Positions 14,792-30,396 of a stretch of DNA of 64,000 nt are shown in pieces. Positions within the stretch are counted from its first letter, which is position 1, and each line of letters starts with the position of its first letter. This stretch comes from Eledone cirrhosa. Lineage: Eukaryota. The translations under genes were made by a program, and so were the position numbers. The notes under the pieces were generated by a model, which worked only from the letters and a program-made list of their open reading frames with translations, was not told the DNA's origin and searched no databases. Location: positions 46,996,001 through 47,060,000 of the forward strand of contig OZ024747.1 in the NCBI GenBank assembly GCA_964016885.1. The letters run 5' to 3'.

Positions 14792-14904
14792 CATAGCTTA
14801 CATTTGTTTCACTGAACTGGTATGTCTAGAGATCGCTATCCGCCTAATTTTGCGTCACTCGATCGCCAATACAGAATTATAACCAGTCAGATCTTCGGAG
14901 CATG
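14792..14904 (-). ncRNA. Degenerate hammerhead motif with ~81-nt stem II (probable inverted PLE 3' end)
   Basis: Minus strand: catgct-CCGAAGA (U4C variant)-t-ctgactggt...accagttcag-t-GAAA-caaatg-TA-agctatg. Confidence 0.6.
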
Positions 14905-15042
14905 CGAGAATGAAGAAAATACACAGGCAAGAAAATAAAAGAAAATATGGAGTAGTTATGGCATTCAATTAGAACAACATAAAAATTAGAACTACATAAA
15001 AAATATAAAAAAACAAATGAATCTACACTCACCAGCATAAAC

Positions 15043-16321
15043 ATGGAGGGCCTCAAGATAGTTAACAAACTCGGAATTTCAGATAGGACCGAACCGCTTA
15101 CCCCGTGCAACCCTACATTTAACCTGAAAGATCACAAAAATAACTTTGAAACTAATCCTACCATTAGATTAATATGCCCATCCAAGTCAGACATAGGTAA
15201 AATTAGCAAAAACATTCTAGATAGGGTAATCGCACAAATAAAGGGTAAACTAGAAATCAATCTATGGGGCAACACTAACGAGGCAATTAAATGGTTCAAT
15301 AAAATACAAAATAGGGATACGTGTAACTTCATACAATTTGATATAGACGACTATTATGCATCCATATCCCCAGCTACCCTAGATAAGGCGCTTATATTTG
15401 CCCAAAATAACTCTGATCTTACCCATGATGAAATTGAAATAATAATAGCGGCTAGAAGGACTATCGTAAAATTTGAAAATAACTACTGGGTAAGAAAGGA
15501 TAGAATAAATAGCTTCGATATTACAATGGGTTCAAATGATTCTGCGCAAATTACAGATATCGTGGGGCTATTCATAGCACACAACCTACATAAGGAATTC
15601 AGTAACCTCCAAGGAGGAATTTATAGGGACGACACGTTACTTATAGCTAGGAACCTAAACAACCAGAGCATGGAAAGACTAAGGAAAAATATTAGAATAT
15701 TCTTCAAAAAACTAGGCCTAAGTATTACCTACGAACTAAACCATAAGAAGGTAAATTTTCTAGATGTAACTCTAAATCTAAATACTGGATTAATAGAACC
15801 TTTCCACAAAAATAATGAAAATCTTGCCTACATTAGTTACAACTCAAATCACCCCAAATCCATAATTAAATCCATAGCACGTAGTATATCCCTCCGAATA
15901 TCCCGCCTATCCTCAAACCTAGAAATCTTTAACGAGCATGCTGACTATTATAATGCAGCATTAAGTAGGGCCGGTCATAAAGATAAACTACAGTATATAG
16001 TGAATAAGGACAACATAAACAATCCTAGTAATTTCTACTCCAACCGCTCACATAATAATAAGAATAGCTTGACTAGACATAGGGTTAGACATGTAACACC
16101 TAGAGTAAACGGCCAAAACACTAATAACGTAAACCCTAGAAACAATAGAAGAAACAGACAAAGGAAATACCTATGGTTCAACCCAATATTCAACTCCTCT
16201 ATAAAAACTAGACTGCCCTCTATATTCTTTAAACTAATAGATAAACACTTCCCTATCTCGCATAGATATCACAAACTACTCAATAGATCTACTATAAAAC
16301 TCTCTTTTTCAACAGCAGCTA
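15043..16321 (+). pseudogene. Penelope-like element RT, truncated at both ends
   Basis: Motifs FIQFDIDDYYASI, ITMGSNDSAQITDIVGL, GGIYRDD, VNFLDVTL and HPKSII are collinear with the 16736 ORF. No GIY-YIG domain; the last ~16 aa of the listed ORF come from the next element's pLTR. Confidence 0.9.
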
Positions 16322-16735
16322 ACATAGATCTGTTGAATATGCATACCAATTATAACACATATATATCCTAGAAACGATCGTTAAATAATGAACTTTTTTT
16401 GTTTAATATAAGGAATTGTTTATTCATTAATTGTTTAATATTTTATCTTGACTCTGTATACCGTTTATCTTTCACCGAAAGTGGTTTTTCATTACATCTC
16501 TTCTTTCCATGATATCCGGAATACATTGAGTTCTTCATACGGATTGGACACTACCGTAAACTCTTGGTAGATTTATCTACATAATTTTGCTCCTATTTTC
16601 ACGGAAATATTCGTATTTTTGTACTGTATGTGTGTATTAATTTTATATTTATGTATAAACATATATATATGTATGATTTTGTAAACCCATATACATTTAG
16701 TTGAGCTCTTTCAATTGTCCATCATCCATATCACA

Positions 16736-19177
16736 ATGGAAAAACAATATTTAGGAACCTCCTTGAAAAACATACCAATACCTTCTAAGGACGACTTCTT
16801 ACTCCTTATGATTCAGAAAACTAATAATTTTATCAGAAGGGTTAGATGGAGAGCCTACCACTTCGATAGAAAATCTAAACAAGCAGATCGGAAATATATG
16901 TATGATTTTAATACTTACAAGAATCCACCACACAACTTTTTACTTGAAGACTTCGAGAAAGACCTTTTTAATTTAATTAAACACCTCAAATTTAAAAAGT
17001 ATAAATCCGTCTTTCAAAAGGACCTTGATTCTACCCTATTGGACCTAAAAAAGTCTAAAAAAATCCATGTCCACTCGGACAAAACTGGTAACTTGTATCA
17101 TATGGATATTGAACATTATAACGAGTTCATATATAAAGAACTCAGAAAAAATTATAAAAAATCTAATAATGTGTCACTCACCAACATCAACAACAAAACA
17201 CACAACATAGTAAAAAAACTAAACATTGAAGATAGAACTGAACCTTTGGCATTGAAAAGACCACACTTCAACCTGAAAGATCACAAATCTAACTTTAACT
17301 CAAATCCTTCTATTAGACTTATTTGTCCCTCCAAATCAGATATTGGAATAATTAGCAAAAAAATTTTAGATAGAGTCATCCCACAAATAAGAAAACACGT
17401 TATTTTACCACTCTGGGAAAACACCTCCCAGGTAATTAACTGGTTTAAAAATATTAGGTGTAAATCTTCTGCTTCTTTCCTACAATTTGATATAGATAAT
17501 TACTATTCTTCTATATCACCTATACTCCTGAACAAAGCATTGATATTTGCTAAAAATAGATCTAACTTAACTTTGGATGACATTAACATTATTACACATG
17601 CTAGACTAACACTTATTGAATTTCAGAATGAATACTGGACCAGAAACACATACAGTAATCTTTTTGATATTACTATGGGTTCAAGCGATTCCGCCCAAAT
17701 TACTGATCTTGTGGGCCTCTTTCTCCTTTTCAACATAAATGCCTCTTTTCCCCACCTCAAAGGTGGTTTATATCGTGATGACTGTCTTCTTCTTTCTAAC
17801 AACCTTAGCCTTTCAGAAATCGAAAAAAACAAAAAACATATTAGAACTTTCCTTAAAGACTATTATAATCTTAATATTACTTTTGAAAAAACAAGTAAAG
17901 TAGTAAATTTCCTAGATATAACTTTAGATTTAGCTACGGGTATCTACCAACCTTACCATAAACCTAACCAAAACTTACATTACATACACTCACAATCTAA
18001 TCACCCTAAATCTATCCTTAAAAACCTTGCATATAATATATCACTTAGAATTTCTAACCTTTCTTCTAACCAAGATGTATTTGATAAAAATGCGACCTTC
18101 TATAACGAAGCTCTAGATAGAAGTGGCCACAAAAATAGATTAGAGTATATACCTTCTACTAAAAATACTGAAAGCATACAACATAATATTACCAACAAAC
18201 ACCAAATGAAAAGTACACACCTAAATGCCACCCACACTATACCCCAAAATACTAAATCTTCTAATATAAAGTATAGTAACTCTCAAAAAACTACTCATCA
18301 TACAACTATAATAAATATTAATAATAAAACTCCTAATAAAAAAGATAAAACACATAAATCTACAAATATAACTAAAAATAGTTGTGGTGAGATCATTAAC
18401 ATTAATCCTCCTAGTAAAAATCACGATACAACCTATAAAAATAATAAAAATAATAAACAACATAGAAACCGTAATAGACGAGTTACTTGGTATAATGCTC
18501 CTTTTAATTTACAAGTTAAGGATAATATTGCTAAAAAATTTTTTTATATCCTTGAGAAAAACTTCCCGCCAAACCACAAATACCATCAAATCTTAAATAG
18601 GTCTACAGTTAAATTCTCATACTCTACAACAAATAACATAAAACAAAATATAAGTGCATATAATGCATATAAATGTAAGAAAACCATAAGTATACCACCA
18701 GTACATCAAATTAACCATAATATCTCCTCAAATACAAAATTAACGAAAGGATGTAACTGTAGAAACAAAGCAAACTGCCCATTAAAAGGGAATTGTCTTG
18801 TTAACAACATAGTCTATAAATGTAATGTTAAAACTAAAGATTCTATTTGCTCATATATAGGAGCTACCTCTAACAATTTTAAGACAAGGTTTAATACCCA
18901 CAAGCATAGTTTTAAAAATGCCGCACTGGCTAATACAACATCTCTAGCAGAAAAAATCAATAGTTATAAAAATAAGAATATAAAATATGATTTGACCTGG
19001 AGTGTGCTCAAAAGAGCCACCCCTTATCAAAATAATAGAAATGAATGTAGATTATGCTCCCAAGAACTATTTGAAATAATGAAGTCTAAGGATATCTTAT
19101 TAAATAAACGACAGGAATTAATTATATCGTGTAATCATAAACTAAAAAAAACATTTAAATATTATAAACCTAATTAA
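16736..19177 (+). CDS. PLE reverse transcriptase + C-terminal GIY-YIG endonuclease (813 aa from first ATG)
   Basis: RT motifs FLQFDIDNYYSSI, ITMGSSDSAQITDLVGL, GGLYRDD, VNFLDITL. Linker CNCRNKANCPLKGNC (CxCx5C). GIY-YIG: NIVYKC...YIGATSNNFKTRFNTHKHSF...CRLCSQE...LLNKRQE..SCNH. No stops. Confidence 0.95.
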   Translation: MEKQYLGTSLKNIPIPSKDDFLLLMIQKTNNFIRRVRWRAYHFDRKSKQADRKYMYDFNTYKNPPHNFLLEDFEKDLFNLIKHLKFKKYKSVFQKDLDSTLLDLKKSKKIHVHSDKTGNLYHMDIEHYNEFIYKELRKNYKKSNNVSLTNINNKTHNIVKKLNIEDRTEPLALKRPHFNLKDHKSNFNSNPSIRLICPSKSDIGIISKKILDRVIPQIRKHVILPLWENTSQVINWFKNIRCKSSASFLQFDIDNYYSSISPILLNKALIFAKNRSNLTLDDINIITHARLTLIEFQNEYWTRNTYSNLFDITMGSSDSAQITDLVGLFLLFNINASFPHLKGGLYRDDCLLLSNNLSLSEIEKNKKHIRTFLKDYYNLNITFEKTSKVVNFLDITLDLATGIYQPYHKPNQNLHYIHSQSNHPKSILKNLAYNISLRISNLSSNQDVFDKNATFYNEALDRSGHKNRLEYIPSTKNTESIQHNITNKHQMKSTHLNATHTIPQNTKSSNIKYSNSQKTTHHTTIININNKTPNKKDKTHKSTNITKNSCGEIININPPSKNHDTTYKNNKNNKQHRNRNRRVTWYNAPFNLQVKDNIAKKFFYILEKNFPPNHKYHQILNRSTVKFSYSTTNNIKQNISAYNAYKCKKTISIPPVHQINHNISSNTKLTKGCNCRNKANCPLKGNCLVNNIVYKCNVKTKDSICSYIGATSNNFKTRFNTHKHSFKNAALANTTSLAEKINSYKNKNIKYDLTWSVLKRATPYQNNRNECRLCSQELFEIMKSKDILLNKRQELIISCNHKLKKTFKYYKPN

Positions 19178-19700
19178 TAACATTATTTTAGAAATTAATT
19201 TAATTTAAATGTTAGTTAACCTATAAATTTAATTTAATTAATATTTTATTACAGATGAGAATATAAAATATTATGTAATCTTAAATTATGAAAAACCTTT
19301 AAATATTACTAATATATACTTAGTAATTTAATTTATAGATTAATTTTAATTTATTTAAACCTTTTATTATAACTCTTTTACAGATAAAACATAACAAAAT
19401 AATATCGTGTATCCAATGACAGAGAAATAATTTTTAGTATTATAGACCTAATTAATATACATTTTAGAAATATATTTATTATTTGGTTTTAGTTTTAATC
19501 AACCTAAAAATTTTAATTTTAATTTGCTTAAAATTAGTATCCTTATACAGACGAATTGCAGAATGTCATGTATTCATAGAATGGGATGCGTTTTGGATAT
19601 ATACCTAGTTAATATATTCTATGCAATTTTTTGAAAAAGATATGTATATGTATATGTGTATGTGTATGTGTGTGTGTGTATGTGTATGTGTATGTATGTA

Positions 19701-19751
<51 letters not shown>

Positions 19752-20888
19752 GTGTGTGTATATGTATGTATATGTGTATGTGTATGTATATGTATATGTA
19801 TGCGTATTAATTTTGATTTCTATTTGCATATAATTATATTATGCTATTGATGAAATGCAGTATCTGCTTTATGTATTGTATACCTAATTAACATATACTA
19901 TTGAAATAAATATATAATTTTTAATTTAGTTAACATATAATTTATATTCTACTACCGATGTAATACTTTATTTTATTTTTTTCCCTATTACTAAATTCAT
20001 TTCCTAATATTGATACCATAACGTTATTAACTTTAATTTAGTTATACTGTAATTAATAATCTACTACTGTTTGACTTCAAAATTCTGCTTCAAATATTAT
20101 AAACCTAACTAATTTACACCTTAGAAATCAATATGTTGACTATCTCTGGTTTAGTTAACATATGATTAATGATATACTTATTTATTTTGAGATGCATAGA
20201 TTTTGCCTTAGTTCTTGTTTGTCGTATTTCCTAACACTGAAAATATGTAAGAACATACATTGGATAAAAATACGGAAAATTTTCTATGTTTCTTGAAACA
20301 TATATTTACTTTGATCCCCTTCTCCAAACCCCCCCTTTCCCCCATACTATTATCATCTGTATTTGTAAGCGTCTATGTATGAATATATATGTAGGTAGGT
20401 GTCTATATAGGTTTGGGTATTTATATCTAAATATAAAAATACATATATGCGCATGCAAATATGAATGTAAGATTGCGTGTGTATATATGAGTGTGTATAT
20501 GTATGTATATATGTGTATATATGCATTATATATGTATGTGTATGTGAATGTGTGTACGTATATGTGTATGTAAGTGTATATATGTGTATATATGTGTATG
20601 CATGTATATATAGGAATATATATATGTATATATATGTGTATATGTATATGCGTGTGTATGTATGTGTGTGTATGTGTGTTGTATATATATGTATGTCTCT
20701 CTATTTATATGTTTATCTTCGTATCTATGTGATATGTGTGTGTGTGTGTGTGCATGTATGCATATGTATGTGTTTATGTGTATTTGTGTGTGTGTGTGTA
20801 CATATGTGTGTGTGCGCACACACACACATATATATATGTGAGTGTGTATATGTGTCTGTGTATATGTGTGTGTGTATATATGTATATA

Positions 20889-20942
<54 letters not shown>

Positions 20943-21036
20943 TGTCTATGTGTGAATATATGTCTTTATTAGTATGTGTGTATTTATGTATGTATATGTT
21001 TATGTGTATGTATGTATATGTATGTATGTATGTATA

Positions 21037-21093
<57 letters not shown>

Positions 21094-21213
21094 CTTTATT
21101 ATTATAATATAACTTATGTGTATGTATGTATAAGTGAGGTTGTGTACGTGTATATAATATGTGTATATATAAGTGTAATTAATATATATATATATGTGCA
21201 TGTCTGTTTTTTA

Positions 21214-21249
<36 letters not shown>

Positions 21250-21323
21250 CGTGTGTATATATATATATATGTGAGTGTTTTATATGTATATTTATGGTGG
21301 TATGAGTGTGTGGATATCTATGC

Positions 21324-21366
<43 letters not shown>

Positions 21367-21369
21367 AGT

Positions 21370-21415
<46 letters not shown>

Positions 21416-21722
21416 ATATGTATATATATATATATATGTGTATGTATGTGTCTCTATATATATATCTCTATTAATGCGTGTGTGTATGTATATACATATG
21501 CCTTTTTATTATTATTTTTATTTGTATGTCTGAGTTAGGTGAGGTTGTAGTTTTTTTTATGTATATATGCATATATAGATGCGTATGTATTTGTATATAT
21601 GAGTATAAGTAAGTGCATAAGTATGTATGATTATATATCTAATTCTATGTATGAATATACATGTATATATATATGTGTGTATGTAAGTTGTGTGTGTATG
21701 TATCTACATGTCTATGTGTGTG

Positions 21723-21753
<31 letters not shown>

Positions 21754-21838
21754 GTATATCGATGTGCGTATATGTATGTACATGTATGTACATGTATGTG
21801 TGTATGTATGTGTATGTATATTTAGATGTATGTGTGTG

Positions 21839-21885
<47 letters not shown>

Positions 21886-22702
21886 ATATATATATAGGTA
21901 TATATCTTTATTATTTATTTTTATATATATGTGTATGTGTGTATGTGTTGCGTGTGTGTGTGTGTGTATATATATATATCTTTATATATGTGTATGTGTA
22001 TGTTCGTGTAAGTGTATGTGTGTGTATGACTGTATATGTATGTGTGTATGTGCGTATGCGTAAATATTTCTATGTGTGCGTACATGTATGTATGTGTATA
22101 TATCTGTATGTGTATGTATATTACATTATATTTATTATATTTTATTGTTTTATTTTTTTATTTTTCTTAATTTATAGATACATTTATATTAGACAGTTTG
22201 CTCAGACAGTTGAATACTGACCCCTCCCCCCCCCTCCCACCTAATTTCTGTATCTTGATCTAGAAATGTGTGTGCCAGTGTTTTATGTGAGTGAATTAAT
22301 ATCCATGTGCTTATGATTTTATATCCACATATATAAATGTGAGTGGGGGTGTGTGTGTGTTTGTATGTTCGTGGTTATGTGTATATTTATGCATATACGC
22401 GCGTGTATGTGTGATTGTACTGATATGTGTGAGTATGAAAAAATATATTTATATACTTGATTTCATAAGTATCAATGCGCATCTTATCTGCGCATGTAAG
22501 CTCACAGAGACATTAACCTTGAAATTTCGTATTTGCATCCATCCTTTTAGTATGCGATAACAAATTATACATACATTTTTGTAAAATATGTGTAAGGGTT
22601 TTACATGTATATACACACACCGAACTGCATTTAACCTTTTGTGTTTTCATTGGTCAATTTTGAACTGAAATTTTGAATTGTTGTTATTATCAATAAATAT
22701 AC

Positions 22703-22857
22703 TTCATTATTTCTGAAGACGGCGTATATATGTGTTTGGTATGTATATTTAATCTTGATAATTTGTATAATTTTGTATAATTTTGTACATAGATCTGTTG
22801 AATATGCATACCAATTATAACACATATATATCCTAGAAACGATCGTTAAATAATGAA
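22703..22857 (+). ncRNA. Hammerhead ribozyme with 116-nt stem II in the PLE 3' pLTR
   Basis: ttcattattt-CTGAAGA-[long hairpin tatatatgtgtt..tggtatgtatatttaa / ttgaatatgcatacca..aacacatatata]-GAAA-cgatcg-TT-aaataatgaa. Perfect 10-bp stem I and palindromic stem III. Confidence 0.8.
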
Positions 22858-22908
22858 CTTTTTTTGTTTAATATAAGGAATTGTTTATTCATTAATTGTT
22901 TAATATTT

Positions 22909-26034
<3,126 letters not shown>

Positions 26035-28187
26035 ATTTGGATTTAATGCTCTGAAATAGCGATATATATGTGAAGACAAACATAGAATATTCGAAAATAT
26101 TCTGTATGTTTATAATAAACATTTTGAAGACCTAATCGCTATAGAATAGAATACGTCACGTATTACAATTTGAGATTCTCGATAAAAGCAAGGAAGTAAC
26201 CTACGCGTTTCATTCTTATTTGAAATCATCAGGATTACATATCCAATGCTTTTATCGAGAATGACACAGCTAGAGACTTATAGAATACTTAGCTGTGTAC
26301 AGGAACTGGTTTGAAAGAGCTGTTGCCGGTCCGGCAGAAATTAGAATTTGGATTTAATGCTCTGAAATAGCGATATATATGTGAAGACAAACATAGAATA
26401 TTCGAAAATATTCTGTATGTTTATAATAAACATTTTGAAGACCTAATCGCTATAGAATAGAATACGTCACGTATTACAATTTGAGATTCTCGATAAAAGC
26501 AAGGGAAGTAACCTACGCGTTTCATTCTTATTTGAAATCATCAGGATTACATATCCAATGCTTTTATCGAGAATGACACAGCTAGAGACTTATAGAATAC
26601 TTAGCTGTGTACAGGAACTGGTTTGAAAGAGCGGTTGCCGGTCCGGCAGAAATTAGAATTTGGATTTAATGCTCTGAAATAGCGATATATGTGTGAAGAC
26701 AAACATAGAATATTCAAAAATATTCTGTATGTTTATAATAAACATTTTGAAGACCTAATCGCTATAGAATAGAATACGTCACGTATTACAATTTGAGATT
26801 CTCGATAAAAGCAAGGGAAGTAACCTACGCGTTTCATTCTTATTTGAAATCATCAGGATTACATATCCAATGCTTTTATCGAGAATGACACAGCTAGAGA
26901 CTTATAGAATACTTAGCTGTATACAGGAACTGGTTTGAAAGAGCGGTTGCCGATCCGGCAGAAATTAGAATTTGGATTTAATGCTCTGAAATAGCGATAT
27001 ATATGTGAAGACAAACCTAGAATATTCGAAAATATTCTGTATGTTTATAATAAACATTTTGAAGACCTAATCGCTATAGAATAGAATACGTCACGTATTA
27101 CAATTTGAGATTCTCGATAAAAGCAAGGGAAGTAACCTACGCGTTTCATTCTTATTTGAAATCATCAGGATTACATATCCAATGCTTTTATCGAGAATGA
27201 CACAGCTAGAGACTTATAGAATACTTAGCTGTGTACAGGAACTGGTTTGAAAGAGCGGTTGCCGGTCCGGCAGAAATTAGAATTTGGATTTAATGCTCTG
27301 AAATAGCGATATATATGTGAAGACAAACATAGAATATTCGAAAATATTCTGTATGTTTATAATAAACATTTTGAAGACCTAAAGCATTGGATATGTAATC
27401 CTGATGATTTCAAATAAGAATGAAACGCGTAGGTTACTTCCCTTGCTTTTATCGAGAATCTCAATTGTAATACGTGACGTATTCTATTCTATAGCGATTA
27501 GGTCTTCAAAATGTTTATTATAAACATACAGAATATTTTCGAATATTCTATGTTTGTCTTCACATATATATCGCTATTTCAGAGCATTAAATCCAAATTC
27601 TAATTTCTGCAGGACCGGCAACCGCTCTTTCAAACCAATTCCTGTACACAGCTAAGTATTCTATAAGTCTCTAGCTGTGTCATTCTCGATAAAAGCATTG
27701 GATATGTAATCCTGATGATTTCAAATAAGATTGAAACGCGTAGGTTACTTCTCTTGCTTTTATCGAGAATCTCAAATTGTAATACGTGACGTATTCTATT
27801 CTATAGCGATTAGGTCTTCAAAATGTTTATTATAAACATACAGAATATTTTCGAATATTCTATGTTTGTCTTCACATATATATCGCTATTTCAGAGCATT
27901 AAATCCAAATTCTAATTTCTGCCGGACCGGCAACCGCTCTTTCAAACCAATTCCTGTACACAGCTAAGTATTCTATAAGTCTCTAGCTGTGTCATTCTCG
28001 ATAAAAGCATTGGATATGTAATCCTGATGATTTCAAATAAGAATGAAACGCGTAGGTTACTTCCCTTGCTTTTATCGAGAATCTCAAATTGTAATACGTG
28101 ACGTATTCTATTCTATAGCGATTAGGTCTTCAAAATGTTTATTATAAACATACAGAATATTTTCGAATATTCTATGTTTGTCTTCAT
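26035..28187. mobile_element. Retrozyme-like tandem array: 312-bp unit, one hammerhead per unit, inversion at ~27381
   Basis: ggatttaatgct recurs at 26039, 26350, 26662, 26974 and 27286; inverted units start at 27381, 27692 and 28004. HHR gtaatc-CTGATGA-tttcaaataagaat-GAAA-cgcg-TA-ggttac lies at 26196, 26508, 26820, 27132 (-) and 27395, 27706, 28018 (+). Confidence 0.9.
27395..27437 (+). ncRNA. Minimal type I hammerhead ribozyme (representative array copy)
   Basis: Stem I gtaatc/ggttac, core CUGAUGA and GAAA, stem II ttc/gaa, palindromic stem III ACGCGT, GUA cleavage triplet. Confidence 0.9.
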
Positions 28188-28216
28188 ATGTATATATATA
28201 TATATATGTATATATG

Positions 28217-28269
<53 letters not shown>

Positions 28270-28312
28270 GTATATATGTATATATAATATATGTATATAT
28301 ATATAATATATG

Positions 28313-28370
<58 letters not shown>

Positions 28371-28406
28371 TGTATATATATGTATATATATATGTATATA
28401 TATATG

Positions 28407-28460
<54 letters not shown>

Positions 28461-28464
28461 CATG

Positions 28465-28515
<51 letters not shown>

Positions 28516-28606
28516 ATATATATGTATATATATATATGTATATATATATGTATATATATATATGTATATATATATATATGTATATATATATGTACATATA
28601 TATATG

Positions 28607-28656
<50 letters not shown>

Positions 28657-28700
<44 letters not shown>

Positions 28701-28949
28701 TGTAACCACTTCTATATATACATATATATATATAGATGTGAGATGTCAGAAAAACCACAGACCCTCCATCTCAATTCTACTTTTGAAAAGGAGAAGAACA
28801 GCGAAACCGGTAATGGAACCAAATAAATGTATATATTTTTTTAAAAATAAGACTCCAGTTGCATTTTCGATTTCATCTTTTTTTCTTTATACTTTCACTC
28901 GTGTAGGACACCTCGGTTATTTTTCATTTTGTAAAAAAACCTCACTTTG

Positions 28950-29025
<76 letters not shown>

Positions 29026-29071
29026 GTATATATTTGTATACGTATATATATGTATATACATATATATGTAT

Positions 29072-29155
<84 letters not shown>

Positions 29156-29162
29156 GTATATG

Positions 29163-29211
<49 letters not shown>

Positions 29212-29218
29212 GTATATG

Positions 29219-29273
<55 letters not shown>

Positions 29274-29359
29274 GTATATCTATATATATATATATATATG
29301 TATATATATGTATATGTATATATATATATGTATATGTATATATATATATATGTATATGT

Positions 29360-29409
<50 letters not shown>

Positions 29410-29431
29410 GTATATATGTATATATATATAT

Positions 29432-29481
<50 letters not shown>

Positions 29482-29490
29482 GTATATATG

Positions 29491-29527
<37 letters not shown>

Positions 29528-29566
29528 GTATATATGTATATATATATATATATATATGTATATATT

Positions 29567-29615
<49 letters not shown>

Positions 29616-29622
29616 ATATATG

Positions 29623-29653
<31 letters not shown>

Positions 29654-29836
29654 GTATATATGTATATATATATATATATGTATATATGTATATATATATA
29701 TATGTATATATGTATATATGTATATATGTATATATATATATATGTATATATGTATATATGTATATATGTATATATGTATATATATATATATGTATATATA
29801 TATATGTACATATGTATATATATATATGTATATATG

Positions 29837-29887
<51 letters not shown>

Positions 29888-29920
29888 ATATATATGTATA
29901 TATATATATATGTATATATG

Positions 29921-30001
<81 letters not shown>

Positions 30002-30040
30002 GTATATATATGTATATATATATATATATGTATATATATG

Positions 30041-30073
<33 letters not shown>

Positions 30074-30074
30074 G

Positions 30075-30114
<40 letters not shown>

Positions 30115-30396
30115 CACACACATATATATATATATATACACATATATGTAACCACTTCTATATATACATATATATATATAGATGTGAGATGTCAGAAAAA
30201 CCACAGACCCTCCATCTCAATTCTACTTTTGAAAAGGAGAAGAACAGCGAAACCGGTAATGGAACCAAATAAATATATATATTTTTTTAAAAATAAGACT
30301 CCAGTTGCATTTTCGATTTCATTTTTTTTTCTTTATACTTTCACTCGTGTAGGACACCTCGGTTATTTTTCATTTTGTAAAAAAAACCTCACTTTG

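Larger units (their letters stand above)
16322..22911 (+). mobile_element. Apparently full-length, recent Penelope-like element with direct pseudo-LTRs
   Basis: Identical 125-bp direct repeats at 16322-16446 and 22787-22911, an intact ORF, an HHR in the 3' repeat, and a 3' end running into (TA)n. Confidence 0.85.

Noticed and set aside
26039-26350. Endless ORF on a 312-nt circle (length divisible by 3), or a second ribozyme on the opposite strand
   Set aside because: All six frames contain stops; the opposite strand has only TGAAGA words with no valid HHR stems.
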